Below, one piece after another: positions 1 through 8,954 of a DNA stretch of 64,000 nucleotides (positions within the stretch are counted from its first letter, which is position 1; each line of letters begins with the position of its first letter). The stretch comes from Eubacteriales bacterium (lineage in GTDB: Bacteria; Bacillota; Clostridia; Oscillospirales; UMGS1783). The position numbers were made by a program, and so were the translations under genes. Below the pieces are notes generated by a model. The model had not been told where the DNA came from and ran no database searches. It saw nothing but the letters and a program-made list of their open reading frames with translations. The stretch covers positions 3,563 to 67,562 of the forward strand of contig JAZQVM010000045.1 in the NCBI GenBank assembly GCA_045631845.1, given 5' to 3'.

Positions 1-2750
1 TCCGGCGTGTAAACAACGGCCGATCCCGCATAGGGACAGTGCCATATCCCGTATTCCGCATCCACTCGCCCTTGGATATGATCCCGTAACGAAAGAGGCA
101 GACTAATCTCCAAAGAAAACGGATCCATATCCCCTTCCATGGCAGCATCCACCCAATCAGTCAACCCTAATTCATAAGCGGCATGCAACCGATGCATCCC
201 GCCTTCCATGGAAAGTTCAGGAAATATTCTTTTGATTTCCATGGCCGCCAGCAATAACGACCGCAAGCCATGTTCTTCAATCCATTCCTTTTCCTGCGGA
301 TAATGATTCAAAACCTCATCCAATCGTCTTGAATAAGATTCATCGGCCGGACAAGGCAACATCGGTTGCGGGATAGGCATCGCCGTCTCGCACCGATTGG
401 CAATATCGGTCGATGCTTCTACTACAATCCGATATGTTTCCTCATCACTTATACCGTCGAATCCTTTAAGCATCTGTTCAGTTGTACGCATATGCTTCAG
501 CCCCTGCGTATCTTCATCCCGCATATTCTTGGTGGCCGCCAAAACCACACGGGACAGATGCTGATCCTCATCCAAATAATGCACATCCCCCGTCGCCACC
601 ACCGGACGACCGAGTTCCTTCGCAATCGCCATAACACGCTTATGCATATCCTCTAACATCTGAGAATCATGCAAACGTCCGCTATCCACCATGTGCATAT
701 AGGTCTCGGCCGGTTGCAATTCGAAATAATCATAAAATGACGCCGCCCGTATCAGGTCTTCATCCCGCCGAAATTCAGTCAACATCTCAAATAATTCTCC
801 CTCACTGCAAGCACTGCCAATCAAAATATGCTCACGATTCTCGAGAAGAACACTCTTGGGAATCAGCGGTTTTCTTGAAAAATAGTCCAAATATGACAAA
901 CTACACAACTTGTGCAGCTGCCGCATACCTTCCTCATTTTTCGCTAAGAGCACCACATGATACCGATGTTGTTTCGCCCAGTTTACCGTAATGGCGCGAT
1001 TGATCTGCGAAACCAGTTCGACCCGCTTTTTCTTCTTTAAATCCTCTAAAAGCGGTAAAAAAATCTTAGCCAACATCCGCGCATCATCACAAGCACGATG
1101 ATGATTAAATTCGCCCAACCCCATAAAGGCCGCCACCGTATCCAGTTTCACATTGCGCAACTGCGGAAAAGCACTGCTGCAAAGCGGCACCGTATCCATG
1201 TATGTATGATTAAATTCCTTACCTAATCGAGAGGCTGCCGCACGCACAAATCCACAGTCAAAATTGGCATTATGCGCCACCAAAACACTATCCTTTGCAA
1301 AAGCAAGGAACTTCTCAAGCGCCTCATCAATTTTCGGCGCATCGGCCACCATCTGATTGGTAATACCCGTCAATTCAGTAATGCGAGGCGGAATGGGAAT
1401 TCCAGGATTAACGAAGGAGTTAAATTCATCAACAATCTCTCCGTTTTCCACCAATACAGCCCCGATTTCCGTGATACGATCCACCGACATACTCAGTCCC
1501 GTCGTCTCCAAATCGAATACGGTAAATCTGCCCGTCAAGGCCTGTACGCTATCACCGCTTACCGCCGCATCCTGATCGTTGACCATATAAGCTTCCATGC
1601 CACCGATGATCTTTACGCCCAAATCACGGCCAACCCGCACCGCCTGCGGCAAACTACGCAACGAAGCATGATCAGTAATAGCAATCGCCCGATGCCCCCA
1701 GTCGGCCGCACGCTGCACCAGTGCCTCCACCGATAGCGGTGCATCCATTGCCGAAGCAAAGGTATGCGTGTGCAGTTCAACACGCTTTTCCTCGCTATTG
1801 TCTTGACTGCCCTCTACCTGCACACGGCAAACCCCGTAAGCACGCATGGATAATCCTCCCGCAAAGGCATCCTCATTCACAGCACCCCGAATCATCAACC
1901 GATCTCCCATATGCAGGCCGGCTATGATATCATCCGCTTTCTCCGAGTTAAATATCTTAACAGGCAAAACGCCGCTTCCATCTTCAATGGAAAAAGCAAT
2001 CATCGCCCGCTCTTTGGCTTCTTCTTGTTCGTCTTCCTGTTTGGCATGATATACTCTCTTTTTCGGCGTGTCAATCTGTCCGCAAACAATAGCGTTCTTC
2101 ATGCCATCTTGCAAGGAAGAGATCTTCTGCGGCTCACCCTCAAATGCCCTTCCATACAGAATATCTCCTGCCAAAATAGCACCTTCGACCCCCTCAACCT
2201 CTTGCGACATCGCTCCCGCCGTCATGGGCGCCGTGCGATCTACCATACTTTCCTTTCGCCGTATATACTCCTCTACTGTTTCCGTCGTATTCGTATGATC
2301 AACAAATTGAACCGTCGCACGAATCCCGTACTTAAATTCCAGATATTCCTGAAACTTCTTCACCATCCCGATCCGCTCCAGCACCGCCGCACCCGAAGCC
2401 ATCACCGGCACCGAAAGAGTATCCCCATTCCATACAGCATCACCCGTCACATAAGCACCAAGCGCCGCATGATCCGCCTTCATTTCATTAAGAAAATCAT
2501 CTACGCTATCCAAATGCGCACCTTGGCAACAACACCGCACAATCACTTCCGCCAAAACATAGGCCTCTTTAAGATTGCGAGCAATTCGGGCACATACATC
2601 CACCGAAAGATATGATTGACTCTCCAGCCATACCTTGATCTTTCGTTGCCCCTTGTTAACCAATGTGCTTTTTACAACGCACAAGCGGACGAGTTCATAC
2701 AACTCGTCCGATTTAGGATATTTAGGAAAATATTCAGCAAATGTCTTCAT
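1..2750 (-). CDS. polC: DNA polymerase III PolC-type, N-terminal ~916 codons (3' end lies beyond the left edge)
   Basis: Absent from the ORF track because there is no stop in the window. My minus-strand translation from the ATG at 2750 gives MKTFAEYFPKYPKSDELYELV. It contains the PHP motif RVELHTHTFASAMDA (~1741-1785) and the exonuclease ExoI motif FTVFDLETTGLS (~1480-1530). TAATG overlap with the ispG stop. Confidence 0.85.
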   Translation of the reverse strand, partial: MKTFAEYFPKYPKSDELYELVRLCVVKSTLVNKGQRKIKVWLESQSYLSVDVCARIARNLKEAYVLAEVIVRCCCQGAHLDSVDDFLNEMKADHAALGAYVTGDAVWNGDTLSVPVMASGAAVLERIGMVKKFQEYLEFKYGIRATVQFVDHTNTTETVEEYIRRKESMVDRTAPMTAGAMSQEVEGVEGAILAGDILYGRAFEGEPQKISSLQDGMKNAIVCGQIDTPKKRVYHAKQEDEQEEAKERAMIAFSIEDGSGVLPVKIFNSEKADDIIAGLHMGDRLMIRGAVNEDAFAGGLSMRAYGVCRVQVEGSQDNSEEKRVELHTHTFASAMDAPLSVEALVQRAADWGHRAIAITDHASLRSLPQAVRVGRDLGVKIIGGMEAYMVNDQDAAVSGDSVQALTGRFTVFDLETTGLSMSVDRITEIGAVLVENGEIVDEFNSFVNPGIPIPPRITELTGITNQMVADAPKIDEALEKFLAFAKDSVLVAHNANFDCGFVRAAASRLGKEFNHTYMDTVPLCSSAFPQLRNVKLDTVAAFMGLGEFNHHRACDDARMLAKIFLPLLEDLKKKKRVELVSQINRAITVNWAKQHRYHVVLLAKNEEGMRQLHKLCSLSYLDYFSRKPLIPKSVLLENREHILIGSACSEGELFEMLTEFRRDEDLIRAASFYDYFELQPAETYMHMVDSGRLHDSQMLEDMHKRVMAIAKELGRPVVATGDVHYLDEDQHLSRVVLAATKNMRDEDTQGLKHMRTTEQMLKGFDGISDEETYRIVVEASTDIANRCETAMPIPQPMLPCPADESYSRRLDEVLNHYPQEKEWIEEHGLRSLLLAAMEIKRIFPELSMEGGMHRLHAAYELGLTDWVDAAMEGDMDPFSLEISLPLSLRDHIQGRVDAEYGIWHCPYAGSAVVYTP

Positions 2751-3796
2751 TATTTCTCCTGCATTTTCTTAATTTCCAGCATTAACTCATCCAACGCCCG
2801 CTCCGCCGGTACTTTGCGCAATACTTGTCCGCCACGAAACAGCATATATTCATCCACACCGCCGGCCAACCCGATGTCCGCCTCCTTCGCTTCACCCGGC
2901 CCGTTGACAATACATCCCATAACCGCCACCGTAATCGGCATGTCCACATCCGCCAATCGATCTTCCACCTGCTGCGCCAAGGACACTAAGTCCACCTTGG
3001 TGCGCCCACAAGTCGGGCAGGACACCACCTGCACCCCTCGATTTGACAATCCCAGCGCCCGCAAAAGCTTATAGGCCGCCTTAACCTCCTCAACCGGATC
3101 CGCGGTTAACGATACCCGCATCGTATCCCCAATCCCGTCCAACAATAAGGAACCAATACCTACGCTGGACTTGATGATGCCGTTAATCAATGTACCAGCC
3201 TCGGTCACCCCAATATGTAACGGATATGGCGACTGTTCATGCAACAACCGATTACAAGCCACCATCTCCGGCACCCGTGAGGACTTAACCGAAATTACAA
3301 TATCGTCAAAATCAAAGCGCTCCAAAAGTGATGCACTGTATTTCGCACTCTCACAAAGCGCCTCCGGACATACGCGTCCGTATTTCTCTAAAATATTTTT
3401 CTCTAATGAGCCCGAATTCACCCCCACACGAATCGGAATCCCCGCCATACGGCAGGCATCCGCCACCGCCTTGACCCGCTCATCCGACCCAATATTACCC
3501 GGATTGATGCGAATCTTATCCGCACCGGCCGAAATCGCACCAAGGGCCAGCTTATAATCAAAATGAATATCCGCAACCATCGGCAACGGCGACCGCTCAC
3601 GAATCTTAGCAAACGTCCTTACGGCCTCTTCATCCGGCACCGCCAACCGTACAATCTGACATCCCGCCTTTGCAAGCCGTTCAATCTGCAATAAACAACC
3701 CTCAACATCATGCGTGTCAACCGATAACATACTCTGCACCGATACCGTTGCGTCACCCATACAGATATCGCCAACATATACTCGCTTACGCTCCAT
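2750..3796 (-). CDS. ispG: 4-hydroxy-3-methylbut-2-en-1-yl diphosphate synthase (MEP pathway)
   Basis: 348 aa with GcpE-like sequence (RINPGNIG, SCPTCGRT Fe-S cysteines). TAATG coupling to rseP. Confidence 0.93.
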   Translation of the reverse strand: MERKRVYVGDICMGDATVSVQSMLSVDTHDVEGCLLQIERLAKAGCQIVRLAVPDEEAVRTFAKIRERSPLPMVADIHFDYKLALGAISAGADKIRINPGNIGSDERVKAVADACRMAGIPIRVGVNSGSLEKNILEKYGRVCPEALCESAKYSASLLERFDFDDIVISVKSSRVPEMVACNRLLHEQSPYPLHIGVTEAGTLINGIIKSSVGIGSLLLDGIGDTMRVSLTADPVEEVKAAYKLLRALGLSNRGVQVVSCPTCGRTKVDLVSLAQQVEDRLADVDMPITVAVMGCIVNGPGEAKEADIGLAGGVDEYMLFRGGQVLRKVPAERALDELMLEIKKMQEK

Positions 3797-4797
3797 TATG
3801 TCACCACCCGGATAATATCATTAATAAATACAAATACCGTCAACAGCATCAATAATCCAAAGCCAACCAGATGCACAATCCCCTCTTTTTCCGGCGGAAT
3901 CGGCCGCCCAAGGATCGCCTCAATGCAAATAAATAAAATTCGCCCACCATCCAACGCAGGCAACGGCAACAGGTTCATTACTCCCAAATTTATGGCAATC
4001 AATGCCACTAAATTGAGTACGCTCAAAGCCCCGTACTCTACCGTCTCCCCAATCATAGCCGTAATCCCGACAGGCCCCGTCAATTCCCCGACACCAACCC
4101 GTCCGGTCACCAAAAAGGCCAGTGATTTCCATACCGACCGCACAATCGATAGACTCTCGGTCGCCGTCTGCGTAAATACCGATCCTAAAGTCATATCTTC
4201 CACACCGAACGATATACCGATCCGCTTTCCTTCCTCAGTCTCAATAATAGGGATGTCGGTCAATTTAATCCGCTCACCATCACGAATCACCGTCGCATCA
4301 AAGGTATCCGAATCAATAAAATTGATAGCCAAATTCAAATCGGTGTAATTCAGCACACCGTATCCGTCACATCTCACAATACGGTCTCCCGCCCGAAATG
4401 CCGTCTGCTCCTCTAAATATACATTCTCAATGCGTGTCGTCACATACTGCGGCACAAAACATTGAATGATAAATACAAGAATCACGCCAAACAATAGGTT
4501 CATGCCGGCTCCCGCCGCCAATACCCCTATGCGTGCACGTTTACTCTTTTTATTAAAGGCACGCTCATCCTCGATATCCTCATCCTCGCCCACCATCATG
4601 CACGATCCGCCGATCGGGAACAGTTTTAAAGAGAACAGCGTTTCCTTGCCTTGCTTTTTCCATATACGAGGCCCCATCCCCAGCGAAAATTCCACAACAC
4701 CGATACCGGCCTTCTTCGCTGCTAAAAAATGCCCCAATTCATGAATGAATATCAAAAATCCAAACATGAAAACCGCAATCAGTATTGACCAAAACAT
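3796..4797 (-). CDS. rseP: RIP site-2 zinc metalloprotease RseP/RasP
   Basis: HELGH motif near the N-terminus, multiple TM segments, an internal PDZ-like region, and a C-terminal NLLPLPALDGG motif. Confidence 0.9.
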   Translation of the reverse strand: MFWSILIAVFMFGFLIFIHELGHFLAAKKAGIGVVEFSLGMGPRIWKKQGKETLFSLKLFPIGGSCMMVGEDEDIEDERAFNKKSKRARIGVLAAGAGMNLLFGVILVFIIQCFVPQYVTTRIENVYLEEQTAFRAGDRIVRCDGYGVLNYTDLNLAINFIDSDTFDATVIRDGERIKLTDIPIIETEEGKRIGISFGVEDMTLGSVFTQTATESLSIVRSVWKSLAFLVTGRVGVGELTGPVGITAMIGETVEYGALSVLNLVALIAINLGVMNLLPLPALDGGRILFICIEAILGRPIPPEKEGIVHLVGFGLLMLLTVFVFINDIIRVVT

Positions 4798-4805
4798 CGT
4801 CAGGC

Positions 4806-5951
4806 TTAGCCCCTCTCCATCAAAATATCCGCCGTCTGCCGCGCGAAACGGTCAGCTTCTATTATATCCTCCAAACTCGGATTTAACACATGCTCCACTC
4901 GAGAGCAAACTTCCTCAACAACCATCGGTATCCGATAAAAGGGAATCCGATCGGCCAAAAATGCCGCCACGGCACACTCATTCGCACCATTCAGAATGGT
5001 CGGCATCGTCCCGCCAACCGTGATAGCATACCGAGCCAATCCCACCAAACGGAAGGTCTCTTCATCGCAAGCATCAAAAGTCAATGTCCCCGCCCCGATC
5101 AAATCCAGCGGCTCAACAACCGCAGGCGTACTGTCCGGATAGGCCAATGCATATTGAATAGGCAGGCGCATATCGGGTACCCCCATCTGCGCCAACACAC
5201 TGTTATCCTCAAACCGTACCATCGAATGAACAATGCTCTGTCGATGCACCACGATCTCCACCTGCTCGGGCTTCACATCAAACAGATGCACCGCTTCAAT
5301 CAATTCCAACCCCTTATTCATCATGGTTGCACTATCAATCGTAATTTTTGCACCCATGCTCCAATTCGGATGCTTTAACGCCTGCTCCTTGGTCACTGTG
5401 CGAAGTTTCTCGGCACTATACCCAAAGAAGGGCCCACCCGATGCTGTCAAGATAATGGACTTTACATTACGCTTGGCATCCTGCAAACACTGAAAAATCG
5501 CACTATGCTCACTATCCACAGGCAAAACGCTTGCCCCGTGCTTCTTGGCTTGTGCCTTTACCAATTCACCACCGGTTACCAGCGTTTCCTTATTGGCCAA
5601 GGCCACATCTTTTCCTGCATGCAACGCCGCTAACGTTGGCCGCAATCCAGCAATGCCAACAATGGCATTGAGAACAACATCTGCCGAATCCCATGTCGCC
5701 AGATCCTCAACCGCCTTCGCTCCGCCCAAAACCACCGTTTCGGTATCGTTAACACGAACACGAAGATCAGCCGCCGCCTGCTCATCCGCCATAACGGCCA
5801 ACGGGATATGATGAGCCCGAATAATCTGCTCCATCCCTGCCACATCACGGTTAGCACTCACGCCTGCGATTTCATATCCGTTTTTTATGCAAACATCAAT
5901 GGCCGAACAACCGATTGAACCGGTCGCCCCCAAAAGAATAACCTGTTTCAT
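4806..5951 (-). CDS. dxr: 1-deoxy-D-xylulose 5-phosphate reductoisomerase
   Basis: N-terminal LGATGSIG NADPH fold, PVDSEHSAIFQC and LTASGGPF motifs. Confidence 0.95.
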   Translation of the reverse strand: MKQVILLGATGSIGCSAIDVCIKNGYEIAGVSANRDVAGMEQIIRAHHIPLAVMADEQAAADLRVRVNDTETVVLGGAKAVEDLATWDSADVVLNAIVGIAGLRPTLAALHAGKDVALANKETLVTGGELVKAQAKKHGASVLPVDSEHSAIFQCLQDAKRNVKSIILTASGGPFFGYSAEKLRTVTKEQALKHPNWSMGAKITIDSATMMNKGLELIEAVHLFDVKPEQVEIVVHRQSIVHSMVRFEDNSVLAQMGVPDMRLPIQYALAYPDSTPAVVEPLDLIGAGTLTFDACDEETFRLVGLARYAITVGGTMPTILNGANECAVAAFLADRIPFYRIPMVVEEVCSRVEHVLNPSLEDIIEADRFARQTADILMERG

Positions 5952-5962
5952 ATTTCCCTCTT

Positions 5963-6784
5963 TTAACTATATAGCGGATGCATCCACATTATGAAAAGAC
6001 ATACGCACGGCCCTACATACAACAAACTGTCAAACCGATCCAATACCCCACCGTGACCGGGCATCCATGATCCAAAATCTTTAACTTCAAAATTGCGCTT
6101 GATGGCCGACATCGATAGATCCCCAAACTGATCCAATACGCCACAGATCACGCCCAACATAATCAGCATCGGGAAACTCACCGTCACATGACAAGCCAAC
6201 AAAAGAACCAGCCCTACAATACCATAGATCACCGCCGAAATCACAACCCCGCCGATGAACCCCTCTACGGTCTTCTTCGGACTGATAACCGGAGCCAACT
6301 TATGCTTTCCACAAGCACGCCCTACAAAATAAGCACCCGTATCCGTTCCAAAACAACTCAAAAGAATTAAAATCAAATAGGCTAACCCCTGCGTCCGTAC
6401 ATAGGCAATGCTATTATACAAAATCGGAAATACCAGCGATATCGCAAAAACCATCCACGGCTTTTTCAGAGAATATGCCCCAAATTTCAACATATTCCAC
6501 CCACTTAATGCCATAGACAGAATGAAAACTACCGCCAACACAAGCAAATAGTACCGATAAGGCAAAAAAGAAAAACCAAGCCCCCATACCAAGGAAACGC
6601 CAAACAGCCCTCGAGCCATTTTACTCTGCTTCAACAAGCCGCTGACTTGAAACAATTCATACACCGCAAAGCCGGACAAGAAGGATACAACACCTTTCAT
6701 TACCCAAACAATATCGGAAAACACCAAGATCAAGGCGGTGCACAACCCGATAAAAAAGCCGGTAATTACCCTCTGTTTGAGCAT
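5963..6784 (-). CDS. cdsA: Phosphatidate cytidylyltransferase
   Basis: Polytopic membrane protein with the C-terminal CTP-transferase signature (SAIKRNFEVKDFGSWMPGHGGVLDRFDS). Confidence 0.9.
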   Translation of the reverse strand: MLKQRVITGFFIGLCTALILVFSDIVWVMKGVVSFLSGFAVYELFQVSGLLKQSKMARGLFGVSLVWGLGFSFLPYRYYLLVLAVVFILSMALSGWNMLKFGAYSLKKPWMVFAISLVFPILYNSIAYVRTQGLAYLILILLSCFGTDTGAYFVGRACGKHKLAPVISPKKTVEGFIGGVVISAVIYGIVGLVLLLACHVTVSFPMLIMLGVICGVLDQFGDLSMSAIKRNFEVKDFGSWMPGHGGVLDRFDSLLYVGPCVCLFIMWMHPLYS

Positions 6785-6786
6785 GA

Positions 6787-7521
6787 TTATACCCCTCCGA
6801 ACCGCCGTGTACGACGGTTAAAGTCTAAAATAGCCGCATCCAAATCCCGCTCGGAAAAATCGGGCCACAACACATCCGAATACCAAAACTCGGCATAAGC
6901 ACATTGCCATAGCAGAAAATTCGATAGCCGCTGTTCTCCGCTTGGGCGAATAATCAAATCGGGATCGGGCTGATCGCCCGTATACATGGCTTGTCCCATC
7001 ATCCCTTCATCAATCGACGATGGTGCAATTTCTCCATCTACACACTGCCCCGCCAAACGCTTGACCGCCTGCACAATCTCCTGCCGTCCTCCGTAATTGA
7101 TGGCGATATTAACCGTAATACCGGTCATCGACTCGGTCAACGCCATCGCCTTAGTTATCTTCTCCTGTAATTCATTCGAAAGACGTGACAAATCCCCGAT
7201 AAATCGCAATTTCATGTTATACTCATTGAAATCCACCAGAATCTCATCCAAGTATTCATTAAACTGCTTCATCAAAGCATCAATTTCTTCCTGCGGCCGA
7301 CTCCAGTTCTCGGTAGAAAAGGCGTAATAGGTCACATATTTTACCCCTATTTTAGAGCAGTAACGGGTAATGGTACGGAACGTCTTACCACCCTGTGCAT
7401 GTCCTAAAAAGCGGGGTAACCCACGCTTCTTGGCCCATCGGCCGTTTCCGTCCATGATAATCCCGATATGAGAAGGAATGACACACTGGGAAATGTCTGT
7501 TTTTTTCGAAAAAATACCCAC
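6787..7521 (-). CDS. uppS: Di-trans,poly-cis-undecaprenyl-diphosphate synthase
   Basis: HIGIIMDGNGRWA and FSTENWSRP motifs; C-terminal RRFGG. Confidence 0.95.
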   Translation of the reverse strand: MGIFSKKTDISQCVIPSHIGIIMDGNGRWAKKRGLPRFLGHAQGGKTFRTITRYCSKIGVKYVTYYAFSTENWSRPQEEIDALMKQFNEYLDEILVDFNEYNMKLRFIGDLSRLSNELQEKITKAMALTESMTGITVNIAINYGGRQEIVQAVKRLAGQCVDGEIAPSSIDEGMMGQAMYTGDQPDPDLIIRPSGEQRLSNFLLWQCAYAEFWYSDVLWPDFSERDLDAAILDFNRRTRRFGGV

Positions 7522-7581
7522 AAAAATTCTCCTATGATATGATGACCCCGCAGGCGCTTAACGACTGCGGGGATGGTTCGG

Positions 7582-8136
7582 TTATACCGATTTCAGTTCC
7601 TTTTCTTTTGCCGAATAGATCTCATCAATCGCCTTAACGCTCTTGTCGGTCAGTTCCTGAATATCCTTTTCAATAACCTTGTAATCGTCTTCGGTAATCT
7701 CACTGGCCTTCTGCTGCTTCTTGTATTTATCGATAGCATCGCGGCGAATGGAACGGATCGAAACCTTAGCCGACTCCGCCATGGCCGAAACCTCTTTAAT
7801 CAGATCCTTACGACGTTCCTCGGTCAGCGGCGGGAACACCAGACGAATTACCTTACCGTCGTTCGACGGGTTGATTCCAATATCCGAAGCATTGATAGCC
7901 TTCTCAATCGGCTTGAGCTGGGAAGCATCATAGGGCTGAACCACCAGCACACGAGCTTCACTAACCGAAATCGACGCCATCTGGTTAAGCGGAGTCTCGG
8001 TCCCCCAGTAATCAATACGGATCTTATCCAATACCGCAGGATTGGCACGGCCGGCACGAACTGCCGCATAATCCTTCTCCAATACGGAAATGGTCTTATT
8101 CATTTTTTCTTGAATTTCGGGATAACTGCCTTTCAT
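7582..8136 (-). CDS. frr: Ribosome recycling factor
   Basis: 184 aa, typical Frr sequence (RAGRANPAVLD, PPLTEERRKDL). Confidence 0.95.
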   Translation of the reverse strand: MKGSYPEIQEKMNKTISVLEKDYAAVRAGRANPAVLDKIRIDYWGTETPLNQMASISVSEARVLVVQPYDASQLKPIEKAINASDIGINPSNDGKVIRLVFPPLTEERRKDLIKEVSAMAESAKVSIRSIRRDAIDKYKKQQKASEITEDDYKVIEKDIQELTDKSVKAIDEIYSAKEKELKSV

Positions 8137-8139
8137 GTT

Positions 8140-8850
8140 TTAATCCTCCTCAACTAATGTTCCGACATTCTCGCCGGAAATGGCTCTTACAATATTATCA
8201 GGATCGTTTAATCCAAACACCAAAATCGGAATATGGTTATCTTTACACATAGCCGCCGCCGTGCTATCCATAACACCAAGATCCTTATTGAGAATCTCAG
8301 CAGGGCTCAAATGATCAATCTTAACCGCATTGGGATCCTTCTTCGGATCAGCCGTATACACACCGTCCACATTAGTAGCCTTCATGAAAATATCAGCATC
8401 AATCTCTGCCGCACGCAAGGCCGCCGCCGTATCGGTGGAGAAAAACGGATTGCCTGTACCGCATCCAAACACAACCACACGTCCCTTTTCCAGATGACGA
8501 ACCGCCTTGTTGCGAATGTACGGCTCGGCAATTTGCCGCATTTCAATGGCCGTCTGCACACGAGTCGGCACACCCAACTGCTCCATGGCATCAGCAAAAG
8601 CCAGCGCATTAATGGTCGTGGCCAACATACCCATATGATCGGCTCTCGTGCGGTCCATATTTCCGCTGGTTTTCCCACGCCAGAAATTACCGCCGCCGAC
8701 AACGATAGCCACCTGCGCTCCAAGTGCCACACTCTCACTTACCTTCTGCGCAACACGACCCAGAACTTCAAAGTCTATACCCGATCCTTTTCCGCCGGCC
8801 AAAGCTTCTCCGCTGATTTTTAATAAAATCCTTTTATATTTGAGTCCCAT
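8140..8850 (-). CDS. pyrH: UMP kinase
   Basis: [11 protein letters not shown] and [10 protein letters not shown] motifs. Confidence 0.95.
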   Translation of the reverse strand: MGLKYKRILLKISGEALAGGKGSGIDFEVLGRVAQKVSESVALGAQVAIVVGGGNFWRGKTSGNMDRTRADHMGMLATTINALAFADAMEQLGVPTRVQTAIEMRQIAEPYIRNKAVRHLEKGRVVVFGCGTGNPFFSTDTAAALRAAEIDADIFMKATNVDGVYTADPKKDPNAVKIDHLSPAEILNKDLGVMDSTAAAMCKDNHIPILVFGLNDPDNIVRAISGENVGTLVEED

Positions 8851-8916
8851 ACCCTTCTCCTTAAAATGGTCTTGCCTATAGTGTACTATATTGTAAAGAT
8901 TTTTTCAATATTTTTC

Positions 8917-8948
8917 TAAAAAAAAGAGTCGCTTTTCACAGCGACTCT
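8917..8948 (-). terminator. Rho-independent terminator after ispH::S1
   Basis: Minus-strand hairpin AGAGTCGC-N8-GCGACTCT followed by a run of 8 T. Confidence 0.75.
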
Positions 8949-8954
8949 TTATCA

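Noticed and set aside
366-3074. Series of plus-strand ORFs (96-234 aa) covering the left end of the window.
   Set aside because: The minus strand here encodes PolC in one continuous frame with PHP and exonuclease motifs. The plus-strand ORFs are low-complexity shadows.
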